DNA of 64,000 nt from an uncultured bacterium (GTDB lineage: Bacteria; Hydrothermota; Tepidihabitantia; B3-TA06; CAYQJV01). The DNA lies in contig CAYQJV010000003.1 of assembly GCA_964417925.1 (NCBI GenBank), positions 13,941 to 77,940 on the forward strand, in the 5' to 3' direction. The position numbers and the translations under genes were made by a program. Each line of letters opens with the position of its first letter. Position 1 is the stretch's first letter. This document shows, one piece after another, positions 1 to 9,274 of this stretch. Under the pieces are notes generated by a model. It had not been told where the DNA came from. It ran no database searches and worked only from the letters and a program-made list of their open reading frames with translations.

Positions 1-262
1 TGTTTTAAGATACTTTGATTTCCTTTTATTTTCAGATGAATTGGGGTATCGTAAACCCCACATAAAGGTATTTGAGGCACTGGTAGAGCTTTCACACACA
101 GAACCATCCTCCATACTTCACATAGGAGATAGATGTGACCTTGATGTTGTAGGAGCAAAAAATGCTGGATTTAAGACAGTATGGTATTCTAACAGTGATG
201 GAGAGTGTAAACTTTATGACTTTAGGGTAGATAAACTTAAAAAAATTTTGGAGGTATTATGA
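1..262 (+). CDS. HAD-superfamily hydrolase, 3' part (5' end lies outside the window)
   Basis: The frame is open from the window edge. HAD motif III/IV-like segments are present (SDELGYRKPHIKVFE; GDRCDLDVVGAKNAGFKTVWY). The ORF track starts only at TTG 41, but no in-frame stop precedes it. Confidence 0.5.
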   Translation, partial: VLRYFDFLLFSDELGYRKPHIKVFEALVELSHTEPSSILHIGDRCDLDVVGAKNAGFKTVWYSNSDGECKLYDFRVDKLKKILEVL

Positions 263-1311
263 AGATAGGTTTAATGACCATATGGAATGCTGCCTGTGGT
301 ATGTCAGTTCATGCTGAGCTTGTAGGAAGGGAATGGGTCAAAAAGGGGCATGAACTAAGAGTATTTGCTCCGATAGAACATCCTGATGCAAGGCCTGTGG
401 ACCAGCCCGATGAGGAGTATGTGGTAAGGCACTACATAGTAAAAAAGGTAAAACCATATACAAGGGAGGAGTTTTTTGATCCTACTCCTGTGCTTGATTA
501 CGATATGGATGTTTTTATGGTTGAAAATCTTGAAAGAATGCCTCTACTTGGATTAAAAGAGATTTTTCCAAGAATTAAAAAAAGGGCAAAGACGGTTCAG
601 ATGGTGCATGAAGGAGATCCATCCAAGGATCCCATGTTTTACTCTTTTGATTTTGATGCAATTGTATGCATGGATGAAAGATACAAGAGGTGGTTGTCTA
701 AATACTTTCCACAAGAAAAGATTCATATAATACCCCATCCCGCTCATCCATGGAAGGAAGGTGATAAAAAAGAAAAAAGAGAAAAACTCGGGTTACCTAC
801 AGATAAAAGAATAATAATTACCTATGGATGGAGACATGAATACATAGAACCCGTAATTATGCCTCTAAAAGAATTGAGTAAAGAATATTCTCTTATATTT
901 TTAATTCTTGCATCTGCGGTAAAAGATTTTACTCCATTGATGAAACTGAAGTATGAGTTTGAGTTTGTAGAGATAAGGATTGAATCTCCAGGAATTGAAA
1001 GGTTGTATGATTATCTCCATGCAGCGGATGTACTCCTGTTTTATAGGAAAAACCTTCCCTATTCATCTGTGATATCAAGTTCTGTTTATCTTACTCTTGG
1101 TTCTGGATGTCCTGTTCTTTTTAGTGATATAAACATGGTTGAAAAAAACAAAGAGGAGGTAATAAAGTACAAAACTCCTGAAGAGATGATAGAAAAAATA
1201 AAAAGCATTTTTGACAAAGGATATAACCCGTCTTATGCTAAAAAATTCGTTGAACAACATAGGGCAGATGTAATTGCAGAAAAATTTATCCAAGTTTTTG
1301 AAAATATGTAA
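259..1311 (+). CDS. Putative GT4-like glycosyltransferase (divergent)
   Basis: The N-terminus MKIGLMT...GMSVHAELVGREWVKKGHELRVF resembles a GT-B/GT4 N-terminal motif. The C-terminal region has a degenerate sugar-donor-binding-like segment. The start overlaps the preceding HAD stop. Confidence 0.35.
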   Translation: MKIGLMTIWNAACGMSVHAELVGREWVKKGHELRVFAPIEHPDARPVDQPDEEYVVRHYIVKKVKPYTREEFFDPTPVLDYDMDVFMVENLERMPLLGLKEIFPRIKKRAKTVQMVHEGDPSKDPMFYSFDFDAIVCMDERYKRWLSKYFPQEKIHIIPHPAHPWKEGDKKEKREKLGLPTDKRIIITYGWRHEYIEPVIMPLKELSKEYSLIFLILASAVKDFTPLMKLKYEFEFVEIRIESPGIERLYDYLHAADVLLFYRKNLPYSSVISSSVYLTLGSGCPVLFSDINMVEKNKEEVIKYKTPEEMIEKIKSIFDKGYNPSYAKKFVEQHRADVIAEKFIQVFENM

Positions 1312-1669
1312 GTGAGAGTGTTCGAAAAATCCTTATCGCTGGTATTTTCTATCGTGAAAAAATCACCCATGACCTTTATGTTTCTTATCACCATGCCTCT
1401 GAAAAACTTATTGAATAATATGTCATTATACCCTATATTCCTGGGCCATCCACTATCCAAACCCTTAAATTAAAAGATAACTTTCTGCAATAGTTTCTTA
1501 GAAAGTCTTTTAATTCGGGAAATGATATGTTGAGAGGAATGGGAGAGATGAAAATACCCATGAGGCTTTTCTAAAACTTCCCGATAGGCAATCCCCTTAA
1601 GACTTTAAAAAATATGCAAAAATTCCCCCAATGCAACTCTTATTTTTCGAACAGCCTTTTATTAGAAGG

Positions 1670-1697
1670 TTGACTTTTGTTTTAAAAAAGGTATACT
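1670..1697 (+). promoter_or_regulatory. Sigma70-like promoter TTGACT-16-TATACT, -10 ends 7 nt before ATG 1705 (leaderless-type)
   Basis: TTGACT at 1670-1675, 16-nt spacer, TATACT at 1692-1697. The ATG is at 1705 and there is no room for an SD. Confidence 0.4.
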
Positions 1698-1704
1698 AAA
1701 ATCT

Positions 1705-3579
1705 ATGAAAAAAATTTTGTTTTTCCTGCTGTTTATTTCTTTTTACCTTTTTCCGTATGAAAAAAGGATTTATGAGGTAAAGATGAGGGACGGGGTAAAA
1801 CTCCATACCAATGTTTATCTCCCTACAGACAAGAGTGATTTTCCTTTACCTGCAATTCTTGTTAGAACCCCTTATGGAGCAGATTTTTGGGATTTTCATT
1901 CCTCAGAGGTCTTCTGTATCACAGATACCCACAGATACATTCTGGTGGTACAGGATACACGAGGAAGATTTTTATCAGAAGGCATTGACTCTGTTTTCCT
2001 TGATGATGGATGGAGGGATGGGAAATGGGATGGATACGATGCAGTGGAATGGATTGCAGAACAGGAATGGTGCAATGGTAAAGTAGGAATGTGGGGAGGA
2101 TCGGCTTTAGGGATCACTCAGTACCTTGCTGCAGGGGCATGTCCTCCTCATCTTGTGTGCTGTTTCCCCATAGTTGCTTCTTGGAACATGTATGTAGACT
2201 GTACCTTTCCAGGAGGAGTGTTTAGAAAGTATGATGTAGAAGGATGGTTGGAGAAGCAGGGGAGTTATTACATGAAATATTACTTTGCAGAACATTCCCG
2301 TTATGATGAAGAGTGGCAGTACCTTGATGTTGGAACAAGAAAAGAACAGGTATCGGTGCCTATGTTCCATATTGGTGGATGGCATGATTTCTTTTTAACA
2401 GGTCCTCCCAAAGCATTTTCAGACCTTCAGTATTATGGGAAGGGAAAGGCGAGAGGGAATCAAAAACTTTTAATAGGTCCTTGGGTTCATTCTGTGGGAA
2501 CGAACAAGGCAGGAGAACTTACATATCCTTTAAATGCGAGGGTTGATTTTGATAGTCTTTTCTGGAGATGGTTTGATTACTGGTTAAAGGATTCTTTAAA
2601 CAATGGAATGGATGAATTTCCTACGGTTAGTTATTATTTGATGGGACCTGTAGATGAAGAAGGGAATTGGAACTATTGGAAAACTGCTGATACCTTTCCT
2701 CCTCAAGCTTTTGGGATGAAGTTCTATCTACATGGTGGAGGTAGACTGGATACATTGATGCCTGTAACAGAAGAAGAGCCCGATACCTTTGTTTATGACC
2801 CCAAAGATCCGGTCCCAACCCTTGGAGAAAACAACTTGATCTTAGAAAGGGGTCCGTATGACCAGACATCTCTGCTTTCCAGACCCGATGTTTTGGTCTT
2901 TTCAACCGATGTAATAGAAGAACCCATTGAAGTAACAGGCTATGTAAAGCTTTATCTTTTTGCATCTTCAAATAGACTGGATACAGATTTTACGTTAAAG
3001 TTGATGGATGAGTACCCTGATGGGAGAAACATGCTTATTCTTGATGGGATCTTAAGGGCAAGATACAGAAATGGATTTGACCATGAAGAGCTATTGACAC
3101 CAGGTGAGGTGTACGAATTTGTAATAGAACCAGGACCAACTGCCTATGTATTTGCACCAGGGCATAAAATAAAAATAGCAATAAGCTCTTCAAACTATCC
3201 AAAGTATGATATAAATCCAAATACTGGAGAGCCTTTTGGAAAAGAGACCGATACCCTTTCTGCAATAAATGTGGTATATCACGATGTAAATTACCCTTCC
3301 TATTTACTGCTTCCTGTAACCAATAGAGAGTTAGAAGGTGTTGAAGAGGTTGTGCTTTCCTCAACACAGGTTTTTTCAAAAAAAGGATTTATTTATAATC
3401 CTTTTTTAAAGAATGTGGATACAAAAATATACTCAGTTGGAGGAAGAAGAATAATGGAGAAGAGGCTTAAACCAGGGGATAAAATGAGTTTAAAAAACCT
3501 ACCTGTTGGAATCTACATTGCCCTGTTTGTAAGCGAAGGAAAAGTTTTAAAGAAAGAAAAAATAATAAAGGTGGAATGA
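1705..3579 (+). CDS. Secreted CocE/NonD-family (peptidase S15, X-Pro dipeptidyl-peptidase-like) hydrolase with T9SS-type C-terminal sorting domain
   Basis: N-terminal signal peptide MKKILFFLLFISF. The CocE/NonD hallmark LPAILVRTPYG and the GGSALG nucleophile elbow are present. The last ~80 aa (IYSVGGRRIMEKRLKPGDKMSLKNLPVGIYIALFVSEGKVLKKEKIIKV) match the Por secretion tail (T9SS CTD) pattern. Confidence 0.7.
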   Translation: MKKILFFLLFISFYLFPYEKRIYEVKMRDGVKLHTNVYLPTDKSDFPLPAILVRTPYGADFWDFHSSEVFCITDTHRYILVVQDTRGRFLSEGIDSVFLDDGWRDGKWDGYDAVEWIAEQEWCNGKVGMWGGSALGITQYLAAGACPPHLVCCFPIVASWNMYVDCTFPGGVFRKYDVEGWLEKQGSYYMKYYFAEHSRYDEEWQYLDVGTRKEQVSVPMFHIGGWHDFFLTGPPKAFSDLQYYGKGKARGNQKLLIGPWVHSVGTNKAGELTYPLNARVDFDSLFWRWFDYWLKDSLNNGMDEFPTVSYYLMGPVDEEGNWNYWKTADTFPPQAFGMKFYLHGGGRLDTLMPVTEEEPDTFVYDPKDPVPTLGENNLILERGPYDQTSLLSRPDVLVFSTDVIEEPIEVTGYVKLYLFASSNRLDTDFTLKLMDEYPDGRNMLILDGILRARYRNGFDHEELLTPGEVYEFVIEPGPTAYVFAPGHKIKIAISSSNYPKYDINPNTGEPFGKETDTLSAINVVYHDVNYPSYLLLPVTNRELEGVEEVVLSSTQVFSKKGFIYNPFLKNVDTKIYSVGGRRIMEKRLKPGDKMSLKNLPVGIYIALFVSEGKVLKKEKIIKVE

Positions 3580-4856
3580 TAAAGAGATACACAACTCCTG
3601 AAATGGAGAAAATATTTTCTGAGGAAAATAAATACATGAAATGGCTTCTGGTTGAAAAGGAAGTGGCAAGGGCACAGGAACAGGAAAAGATAATTCCTGA
3701 AGGGCTCTACAAATGTTTGGAAAAGGTAAAATCTGTTTCAGTGGATAGGGTAAAATTTTACGAAGAAAGAACAAACCATGAGATGACAGCATTTCTTGAA
3801 GCAGTATGGGAAAAAGTTCCTTGTGCAAAAAAATACCTACATTTTGGATTAACATCACAGGATGTAATGGATACTGCAAATGTCCTTATTGTAAGAGAAG
3901 CGGGAAAGGTGATTAAAAAAGTACTGAATAAACTTCTTGAAAAACTAAAAATGCTTTCTCTCCAATATAGAAATGTGGTATGCATTGGGAGAACTCATGG
4001 AAGGGCAGCAGAGCCTTACTCTCTTGGAGTCAGATTTCTATCATGGTTTTTGGAAGGTGAAAGAGTACAGAAAAGAATAGACAAGGCTTTAAAGAATTTT
4101 TCCTATGCAAAAATTAGAGGAGTTGTGGGTACTTATTCATTGATTCCTCCATCGGTTGAGGAAAAAGTATTAAAAAAACTTGGATTAAAAAGAGAGCCTG
4201 TTTCTACTCAGGTGATTCCAAGAGACAGATATATAGATCTGCTTCACTCAGTGGCAATGGCAGGAGTATGGCTTGAAAGAATTGCAGTGAACATAAGATT
4301 ATCCCAAATTGAGGAGGTTGATGAACTTCATGAGCCTTTTAAAGAAGGTCAAACTGGTTCTTCTGCAATGCCCCATAAAAAGAACCCTGTAATATGCGAG
4401 AGAATATCTGGTCTTGCAAGGGTATTGAGAGGATATCTTTTAGCATGTTATGAAAACAATGCCCTATGGTTTGAAAGGGATATATCCCATTCATCAGTTG
4501 AAAGAATAGTGATAAAAGATTCCTTTACCCTTCTTCACTACATGCTAAGGAAAATGGAGAAGATAATAGAGGGATTGAAGGTGAATAAAGATAAGATAGA
4601 TGAAAATCTTAAAAAAGCAGGGGATAAGATATTTTCTCAACTTCTTTTGTCAAAGCTGATACAGAAAGGGATGGATAGGGAAACAGCCTACAGGATTGTT
4701 CAGCAGAACTCTTTCTATCCTGATTTTAAAATAAGAGTCCAGAAAGATAGGGAAATAAGAAAATACCTTAAAAAAGATGAGATAAAAGAGATCTTTTCTT
4801 TAGAGAGGTTTTTGAAACATATTGATTATATCTACAAAAAAGCGGGGGTAGTATGA
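3576..4856 (+). CDS. purB: Adenylosuccinate lyase
   Basis: N-terminus MIKRYTTPEMEKIFSEENKY and the fumarate-lyase family signature ...SSAMPHKKNP... The start overlaps the upstream stop (ATGA). Confidence 0.9.
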   Translation: MIKRYTTPEMEKIFSEENKYMKWLLVEKEVARAQEQEKIIPEGLYKCLEKVKSVSVDRVKFYEERTNHEMTAFLEAVWEKVPCAKKYLHFGLTSQDVMDTANVLIVREAGKVIKKVLNKLLEKLKMLSLQYRNVVCIGRTHGRAAEPYSLGVRFLSWFLEGERVQKRIDKALKNFSYAKIRGVVGTYSLIPPSVEEKVLKKLGLKREPVSTQVIPRDRYIDLLHSVAMAGVWLERIAVNIRLSQIEEVDELHEPFKEGQTGSSAMPHKKNPVICERISGLARVLRGYLLACYENNALWFERDISHSSVERIVIKDSFTLLHYMLRKMEKIIEGLKVNKDKIDENLKKAGDKIFSQLLLSKLIQKGMDRETAYRIVQQNSFYPDFKIRVQKDREIRKYLKKDEIKEIFSLERFLKHIDYIYKKAGVV

Positions 4857-5551
4857 AAAAACAGCTTCTCTACGAAGGAAAAGCAAAGAGGATTTACAGT
4901 ACAGAGGAAGATGACCTTATCATCCAAGAGTTTAAAAACTCACTGACTGCCTTTAATGGGAAGAAAAAGGCAGAGATAGAAGAAAAAGGAGCGATAAACT
5001 GTGAGATATCTTCAAGACTTTTTTCTTATCTTGAAAAAAAAGGAATAAAAACTCACTTTGTAAAAAAACTCTCTCCAACTGAAATGCTTGTAAAAAAACT
5101 ACGTATGATTCCCTTAGAGGTTGTGGTGAGAAACCTTGTTACAGGTTCTTTGAAAAAAAGAACGGGTATGAAGGAGGGAGAGGAGCTTTCCAAACCTGTA
5201 ATTGAGTTTTATCTAAAAAACGATGAACTTGGTGATCCGATGTTGAACAAATACCATATACTTACAATGAACATCCTTGGTGAAGAAAGGATAGAGGAAA
5301 TCGTTACAAGAAGTTTTATAATAAATGAATATTTGAAAGAGTTTCTTTTTAAAAGAAATATACTGCTTGTTGATTTTAAACTTGAATATGGGTTTTATAA
5401 TGATGAACTCATGGTTGGGGATGAAATATCCCCTGATACCTGTAGATTTTGGGACAAGGATACAAAAGAAAGTTTGGATAAAGATGTTTTTAGATTTGAT
5501 AAAGGAGATGTGCTAACTGCCTATAGGAAGGTTTTGGAAAGAATAACTTAA
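4853..5551 (+). CDS. purC: Phosphoribosylaminoimidazole-succinocarboxamide synthase (SAICAR synthetase)
   Basis: MKKQLLYEGKAKRIY... is a typical PurC N-terminus. The gene is coupled to purB. Confidence 0.9.
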   Translation: MKKQLLYEGKAKRIYSTEEDDLIIQEFKNSLTAFNGKKKAEIEEKGAINCEISSRLFSYLEKKGIKTHFVKKLSPTEMLVKKLRMIPLEVVVRNLVTGSLKKRTGMKEGEELSKPVIEFYLKNDELGDPMLNKYHILTMNILGEERIEEIVTRSFIINEYLKEFLFKRNILLVDFKLEYGFYNDELMVGDEISPDTCRFWDKDTKESLDKDVFRFDKGDVLTAYRKVLERIT

Positions 5552-6580
5552 ATGGTAGAAATAGATGGTTCTTATGGAGAAGGAGGAGGACAGATCCTAC
5601 GCACTTCCCTTGCTCTTTCTGCAATTACTGGTAAGGGTTTCAGAATATACAATATAAGAAAAAAAAGGAAAATCCCAGGACTGCTTCCCCAACATCTTAC
5701 AGCAGTAAATGCAGCAAAAAAGATGACAGATGCAGAAACAAAAGGAGCAGAACTTTACTCTTCCGAACTCATGTTTGCCCCCAAGGGAATCAAAGGAGGT
5801 GTTTTTGAATTTGATGTAGCAGAAGAACGAAGAAGTGCAGGTTCTGTGACCCTGGTGTATCAAACGGTTTTCCCAATAGCATTGTTTGCAGATAAAAGAT
5901 GTAGAATAGTGGTGAAAGGTGGAACCCATGTTCCAATGAGTCCATTGTATGAATATTTTGATGAAGTTTTCCTTGAACTCCTTAAAAGGCTTTTTTCGGT
6001 AAATGTAAAGAGAAGGCTCATAAGGCATGGTTTTTATCCAAAAGGAGGGGGGAAGGTTGAAATTGAAGTAGAGCCTATTAAAAAGTTTAAACTCATAGAT
6101 GAAGATTTTACAAAGAGAAGGTCCCTAAAGAGCAAAAGAATAAAGATATGCATATCCTCTTTACCAGATCATGTGAAGGAGAGAGAAAAAAGAGTTTTAA
6201 AGAGTTGTATTCCAGAGCCAATAGAAATTGAAGAAATAAAACTTAATCTTGATCCTGGTAATTATATTTTTTTAAAACTTGAATTTGAAAATACTATAGC
6301 AGGATTTTCTTCGCTGGGGATGAAGGGAAAACCGGCAGAGAAGGTTGCAGAGGAGGTATGTAAGGCTTATAAAAGTTATATAAGTAAAGATGTCTTGTTT
6401 GATTCTCATCTTGCAGATCAGATTCTACTGTTTTTTTCTCTTTCTCAAAAAGATACAGTTTTTACAATTCAAGAACCTACCAAACACCTTTTAACAAATG
6501 CCTGGGTAATAGAGAAGTTTCTTAATGTTAAGATAAAAATAGAAAAGGATAGAGTATCTATTTATCATGGAAAAGAATAG
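5552..6580 (+). CDS. rtcA: RNA 3'-terminal phosphate cyclase
   Basis: [36 protein letters not shown] is the RtcA N-terminal signature. Confidence 0.85.
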   Translation: MVEIDGSYGEGGGQILRTSLALSAITGKGFRIYNIRKKRKIPGLLPQHLTAVNAAKKMTDAETKGAELYSSELMFAPKGIKGGVFEFDVAEERRSAGSVTLVYQTVFPIALFADKRCRIVVKGGTHVPMSPLYEYFDEVFLELLKRLFSVNVKRRLIRHGFYPKGGGKVEIEVEPIKKFKLIDEDFTKRRSLKSKRIKICISSLPDHVKEREKRVLKSCIPEPIEIEEIKLNLDPGNYIFLKLEFENTIAGFSSLGMKGKPAEKVAEEVCKAYKSYISKDVLFDSHLADQILLFFSLSQKDTVFTIQEPTKHLLTNAWVIEKFLNVKIKIEKDRVSIYHGKE

Positions 6581-7238
6581 AAACTACGAAATGCTTAAAA
6601 AAATTGCATTGGAAGGTGGGGCATGTTGTTTTAGGGTGGCAGATATAAGAAGAATAAAGTACAACTACCTCCTACCAAAGGAAGCTGTAGAACAGCTTGA
6701 CTATGGTATATCAATAGCTGTAAGGCTGTCCAGTTCTGTGCTTTCTACCATTGTAAATCATCCTACAAAGATATACTTCCATCACTACAGGACTGTGAAC
6801 TATGCCTTGGACCAGATTGCATTAAAGATAACCGACAAAATACAGAGATTGGGATATAAAGCTCTTCCAGTACCTGCTTCTCAAACCATAGACTGGGAGA
6901 ACCAGAAAGCAGATTTTTCCCATAAAAAGGTAGCGGTTCTTGCAGGGATAGGATGGCTTGGGAGAAACAACCTTGTGGTACATCCAAAGTATGGAGCTCA
7001 AATAAGACTTGTGACAGTGCTTACTGATATGCCTTTAAAGGTAGATTCACCTTTAAACATGAACTGCAGAAACTGTAGAAAATGTATTCAGGTATGTCCT
7101 GTTGGAGCAATTCATGAAACTCCCCAACAGTTTGAGCATCAAACTTGTTATGAGGCTCTCAAAAATTTTGTAAAAAAAGGTTATACTGGGCAATACATAT
7201 GTGGAATATGTGTGAGGGTATGTGACGGAAAGATTTAA
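6567..7238 (+). CDS. QueG-like (epoxyqueuosine reductase family) 4Fe-4S protein, short form
   Basis: AGIGWLGRNNLVVHPKYG is a QueG-like motif. It is followed by the ferredoxin-type motif CRNCRKCIQVCPVGAI and a second Cys cluster. At 223 aa it lacks the C-terminal part of canonical QueG. Confidence 0.5.
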   Translation: MEKNRNYEMLKKIALEGGACCFRVADIRRIKYNYLLPKEAVEQLDYGISIAVRLSSSVLSTIVNHPTKIYFHHYRTVNYALDQIALKITDKIQRLGYKALPVPASQTIDWENQKADFSHKKVAVLAGIGWLGRNNLVVHPKYGAQIRLVTVLTDMPLKVDSPLNMNCRNCRKCIQVCPVGAIHETPQQFEHQTCYEALKNFVKKGYTGQYICGICVRVCDGKI

Positions 7239-7240
7239 GC

Positions 7241-7951
7241 TTATTTCTTTACATACTTTCCACCATTTTCCTGAGCAAGGGTGGAAAGGAGATATTCATC
7301 TTGATCAGGCCCAAGTCCAATTGTATGTAAAACAACCTTTTTATCCTTGTTCCATTCTCTAACAGCCTCTATTATCCCTTGAGCATCTGTTACTGCTCCT
7401 TTATTTGCACCACCATCAGAGAGAAAGATGATAGCCTCTGGTTGATAGTTAAATGCTTCCTTTAGCGCATCGTATATGTTTGTTCCTTCCCATATTGCCT
7501 TAATTCCATTCACATATAGAACTGCCTGATTTCTATTTGAAGAATTTGCCTCAATCAAACTTCCTTTCCATTTCTTGACATCTCCACTAAATGTAAGGAT
7601 GTCAAACTTAACTCCGTCTTTCAAACCTTTAATTGCAGGTATTAACTGCCTTTTTGCCTCACCCAGTTTGGTTGCCTCTTGAGCAACCCTTTCTGAAAGT
7701 GTTTCTGCAATCTTTCCTGCTATACCTCCTCCTACTTTCTTTTCTATCAATTCTGCTGTTTTTTCTATTGCCTTTCCCTTGAGTTGTTCAGGAATGCTTC
7801 CTTCATCTTTGCCTTCCATACTTCCTGAGATATCAAGGACAAAAACCACACTTTTGTAAGGGGAGAGGTCTATTGAATAAAACTCCTCTGAGGTTTTTAA
7901 AAAATAGCAGGATACCAATGTAATAAATGCTGTTATTATTATTTTTCTCAC
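7241..7951 (-). CDS. von Willebrand factor A (VWA) domain lipoprotein
   Basis: Signal/lipobox ...ITLVSC. The MIDAS motif VVFVLDISGSMEG and downstream VWA segments (TNIYDALKEA; IIFLSDGGAN) are present. The start is GTG preceded by GGAGG. Confidence 0.7.
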   Translation of the reverse strand: MRKIIITAFITLVSCYFLKTSEEFYSIDLSPYKSVVFVLDISGSMEGKDEGSIPEQLKGKAIEKTAELIEKKVGGGIAGKIAETLSERVAQEATKLGEAKRQLIPAIKGLKDGVKFDILTFSGDVKKWKGSLIEANSSNRNQAVLYVNGIKAIWEGTNIYDALKEAFNYQPEAIIFLSDGGANKGAVTDAQGIIEAVREWNKDKKVVLHTIGLGPDQDEYLLSTLAQENGGKYVKK

Positions 7952-8068
7952 GTTACCTCCTTTCTTTTTTAATTTTATTTAACAAAAATAAAAAGTCAAA
8001 GTTAAGAAGAAGGTATGAAATTTTCTTGACAAATTAAAGTTTTTGATTAAATTTTATAAATGCAAAAC

Positions 8069-8144
<76 letters not shown>

Positions 8145-8172
8145 TTTTGTTTTATTTTTTTAATTCACCCCC

Positions 8173-8889
8173 ATGGAGACGCAATTGCATAATATTAAAG
8201 AACTTTTAAGAAATTTACAGGATGTTGATGAGGAAATAGTACGAATAGAAAATGATTTAATAGAGATTCCTGAGAAAATAAAAAAGTTAGAAGAAAAAAT
8301 AAAAGATGAAAATCAAAATCTTCAACAGGCAGAGGAGGGAATTAAAGATCTTAAAAAGAACGAGAAATTGAAAGAACTTTCTTTGCAAGAAACAGAGGAA
8401 AAAATTGCAAAACTATCTACTCAGCTTTATTCTGCAAAGACCAATGAAGAGTACAAGGCATTTTTACGAGAGATAGAATTTGCAAAACAGGAAAAGAGGA
8501 AAATAGAGGATGAGATACTGGAATTAATGGAGGAGATAGAAGAAAAAGAAAAGAAACTTCCGGAAGTAAAGAAAAAAATTGAGGAAAATATTAAAAAATT
8601 GAAAGATGAGAAGGAAAAAGAAAACAAAAGAATAAAGGAGTTAGAAGGAAAGATAAAAGAACTTACTGAAACACGTGGAAGAATTTTAAAAGAAATTCCA
8701 GAACAATATGTAAAAATATATGAGAAGATAAGAAAAAATAAAGAGGGTATAGCAGTTGCAAGGGTAACAGAGGATAACAGGTGTTCAGTATGTCTTAATC
8801 CTGTGCCCTTGCAAAAGGTAATAGAGATAAAGAATCAACAGAACAAACTTTTCTTCTGTGAATACTGCGGAAGAATCCTTATTGACTGA
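8173..8889 (+). CDS. COG1579-type coiled-coil protein with C-terminal C4 zinc ribbon
   Basis: Long K/E-rich coiled coil, then CSVCLNPVPLQ...FFCEYCGRILI. Proteins of this type are typically found next to RNase H, as here. Confidence 0.7.
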   Translation: METQLHNIKELLRNLQDVDEEIVRIENDLIEIPEKIKKLEEKIKDENQNLQQAEEGIKDLKKNEKLKELSLQETEEKIAKLSTQLYSAKTNEEYKAFLREIEFAKQEKRKIEDEILELMEEIEEKEKKLPEVKKKIEENIKKLKDEKEKENKRIKELEGKIKELTETRGRILKEIPEQYVKIYEKIRKNKEGIAVARVTEDNRCSVCLNPVPLQKVIEIKNQQNKLFFCEYCGRILID

Positions 8890-9274
8890 TACCTACGCAA
8901 TGATAGATGGTGCGAGTGCAGGTAATCCTGGGAAAGCGGGAATAGGAGGTTTTATAATGCAGAAATGCGTGGTGATTGATCTATGGAGTATTAAAATAGG
9001 TATTGCAACCAACAATGTTGCAGAATACAGGGCTCTGTATGAATGTCTTTTAAGGGCAAGAAAGCATGGGATAAAATCTCTTAAGATATTCACAGATAGT
9101 GAGCTTTTGGTAAAACAGGTAACTGGAGAATACCGAATAAAAGATGAAAAACTTAAAAAAATATATAAAAAGATTGAAGTTCTTAAAAGAGAGATTAATT
9201 TTACAATTATCTCTATAAAAAGGGAGGAAAATAGAATAGCAGATAAATTAGCAAGGCTTGCCATAAAAGAATAA
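8858..9274 (+). CDS. rnhA: Ribonuclease HI (RNase H family)
   Basis: MIDGASAGNPGKAGIGGF...NNVAEYRAL...TDSELLVKQVTGEY. The true start is probably the ATG at 8900 rather than 8858. Confidence 0.8.
   Translation: MNTAEESLLTDTYAMIDGASAGNPGKAGIGGFIMQKCVVIDLWSIKIGIATNNVAEYRALYECLLRARKHGIKSLKIFTDSELLVKQVTGEYRIKDEKLKKIYKKIEVLKREINFTIISIKREENRIADKLARLAIKE

Noticed and set aside
553-747. Short antisense or out-of-frame ORFs inside well-supported genes. Examples: 553-747(-), 1811-2086(+), 5597-6028(-), 24347-24610(-), 40212-40670(-), 51355-51912(+), 61020-61862(+).
   Set aside because: They are fully embedded in longer CDSs with strong family signatures on the other strand or frame. Their low-complexity, Cys/Phe/Leu-rich translations are typical of AT-rich antisense noise.
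8026-8060. TTGACA at 8026-8031 and TATAAA at 8055-8060 as the tRNA-Val promoter
   Set aside because: The spacer would be 23 nt, which is too long for a sigma70-type promoter. A promoter must exist upstream of the tRNA, but I cannot place the -35 confidently.
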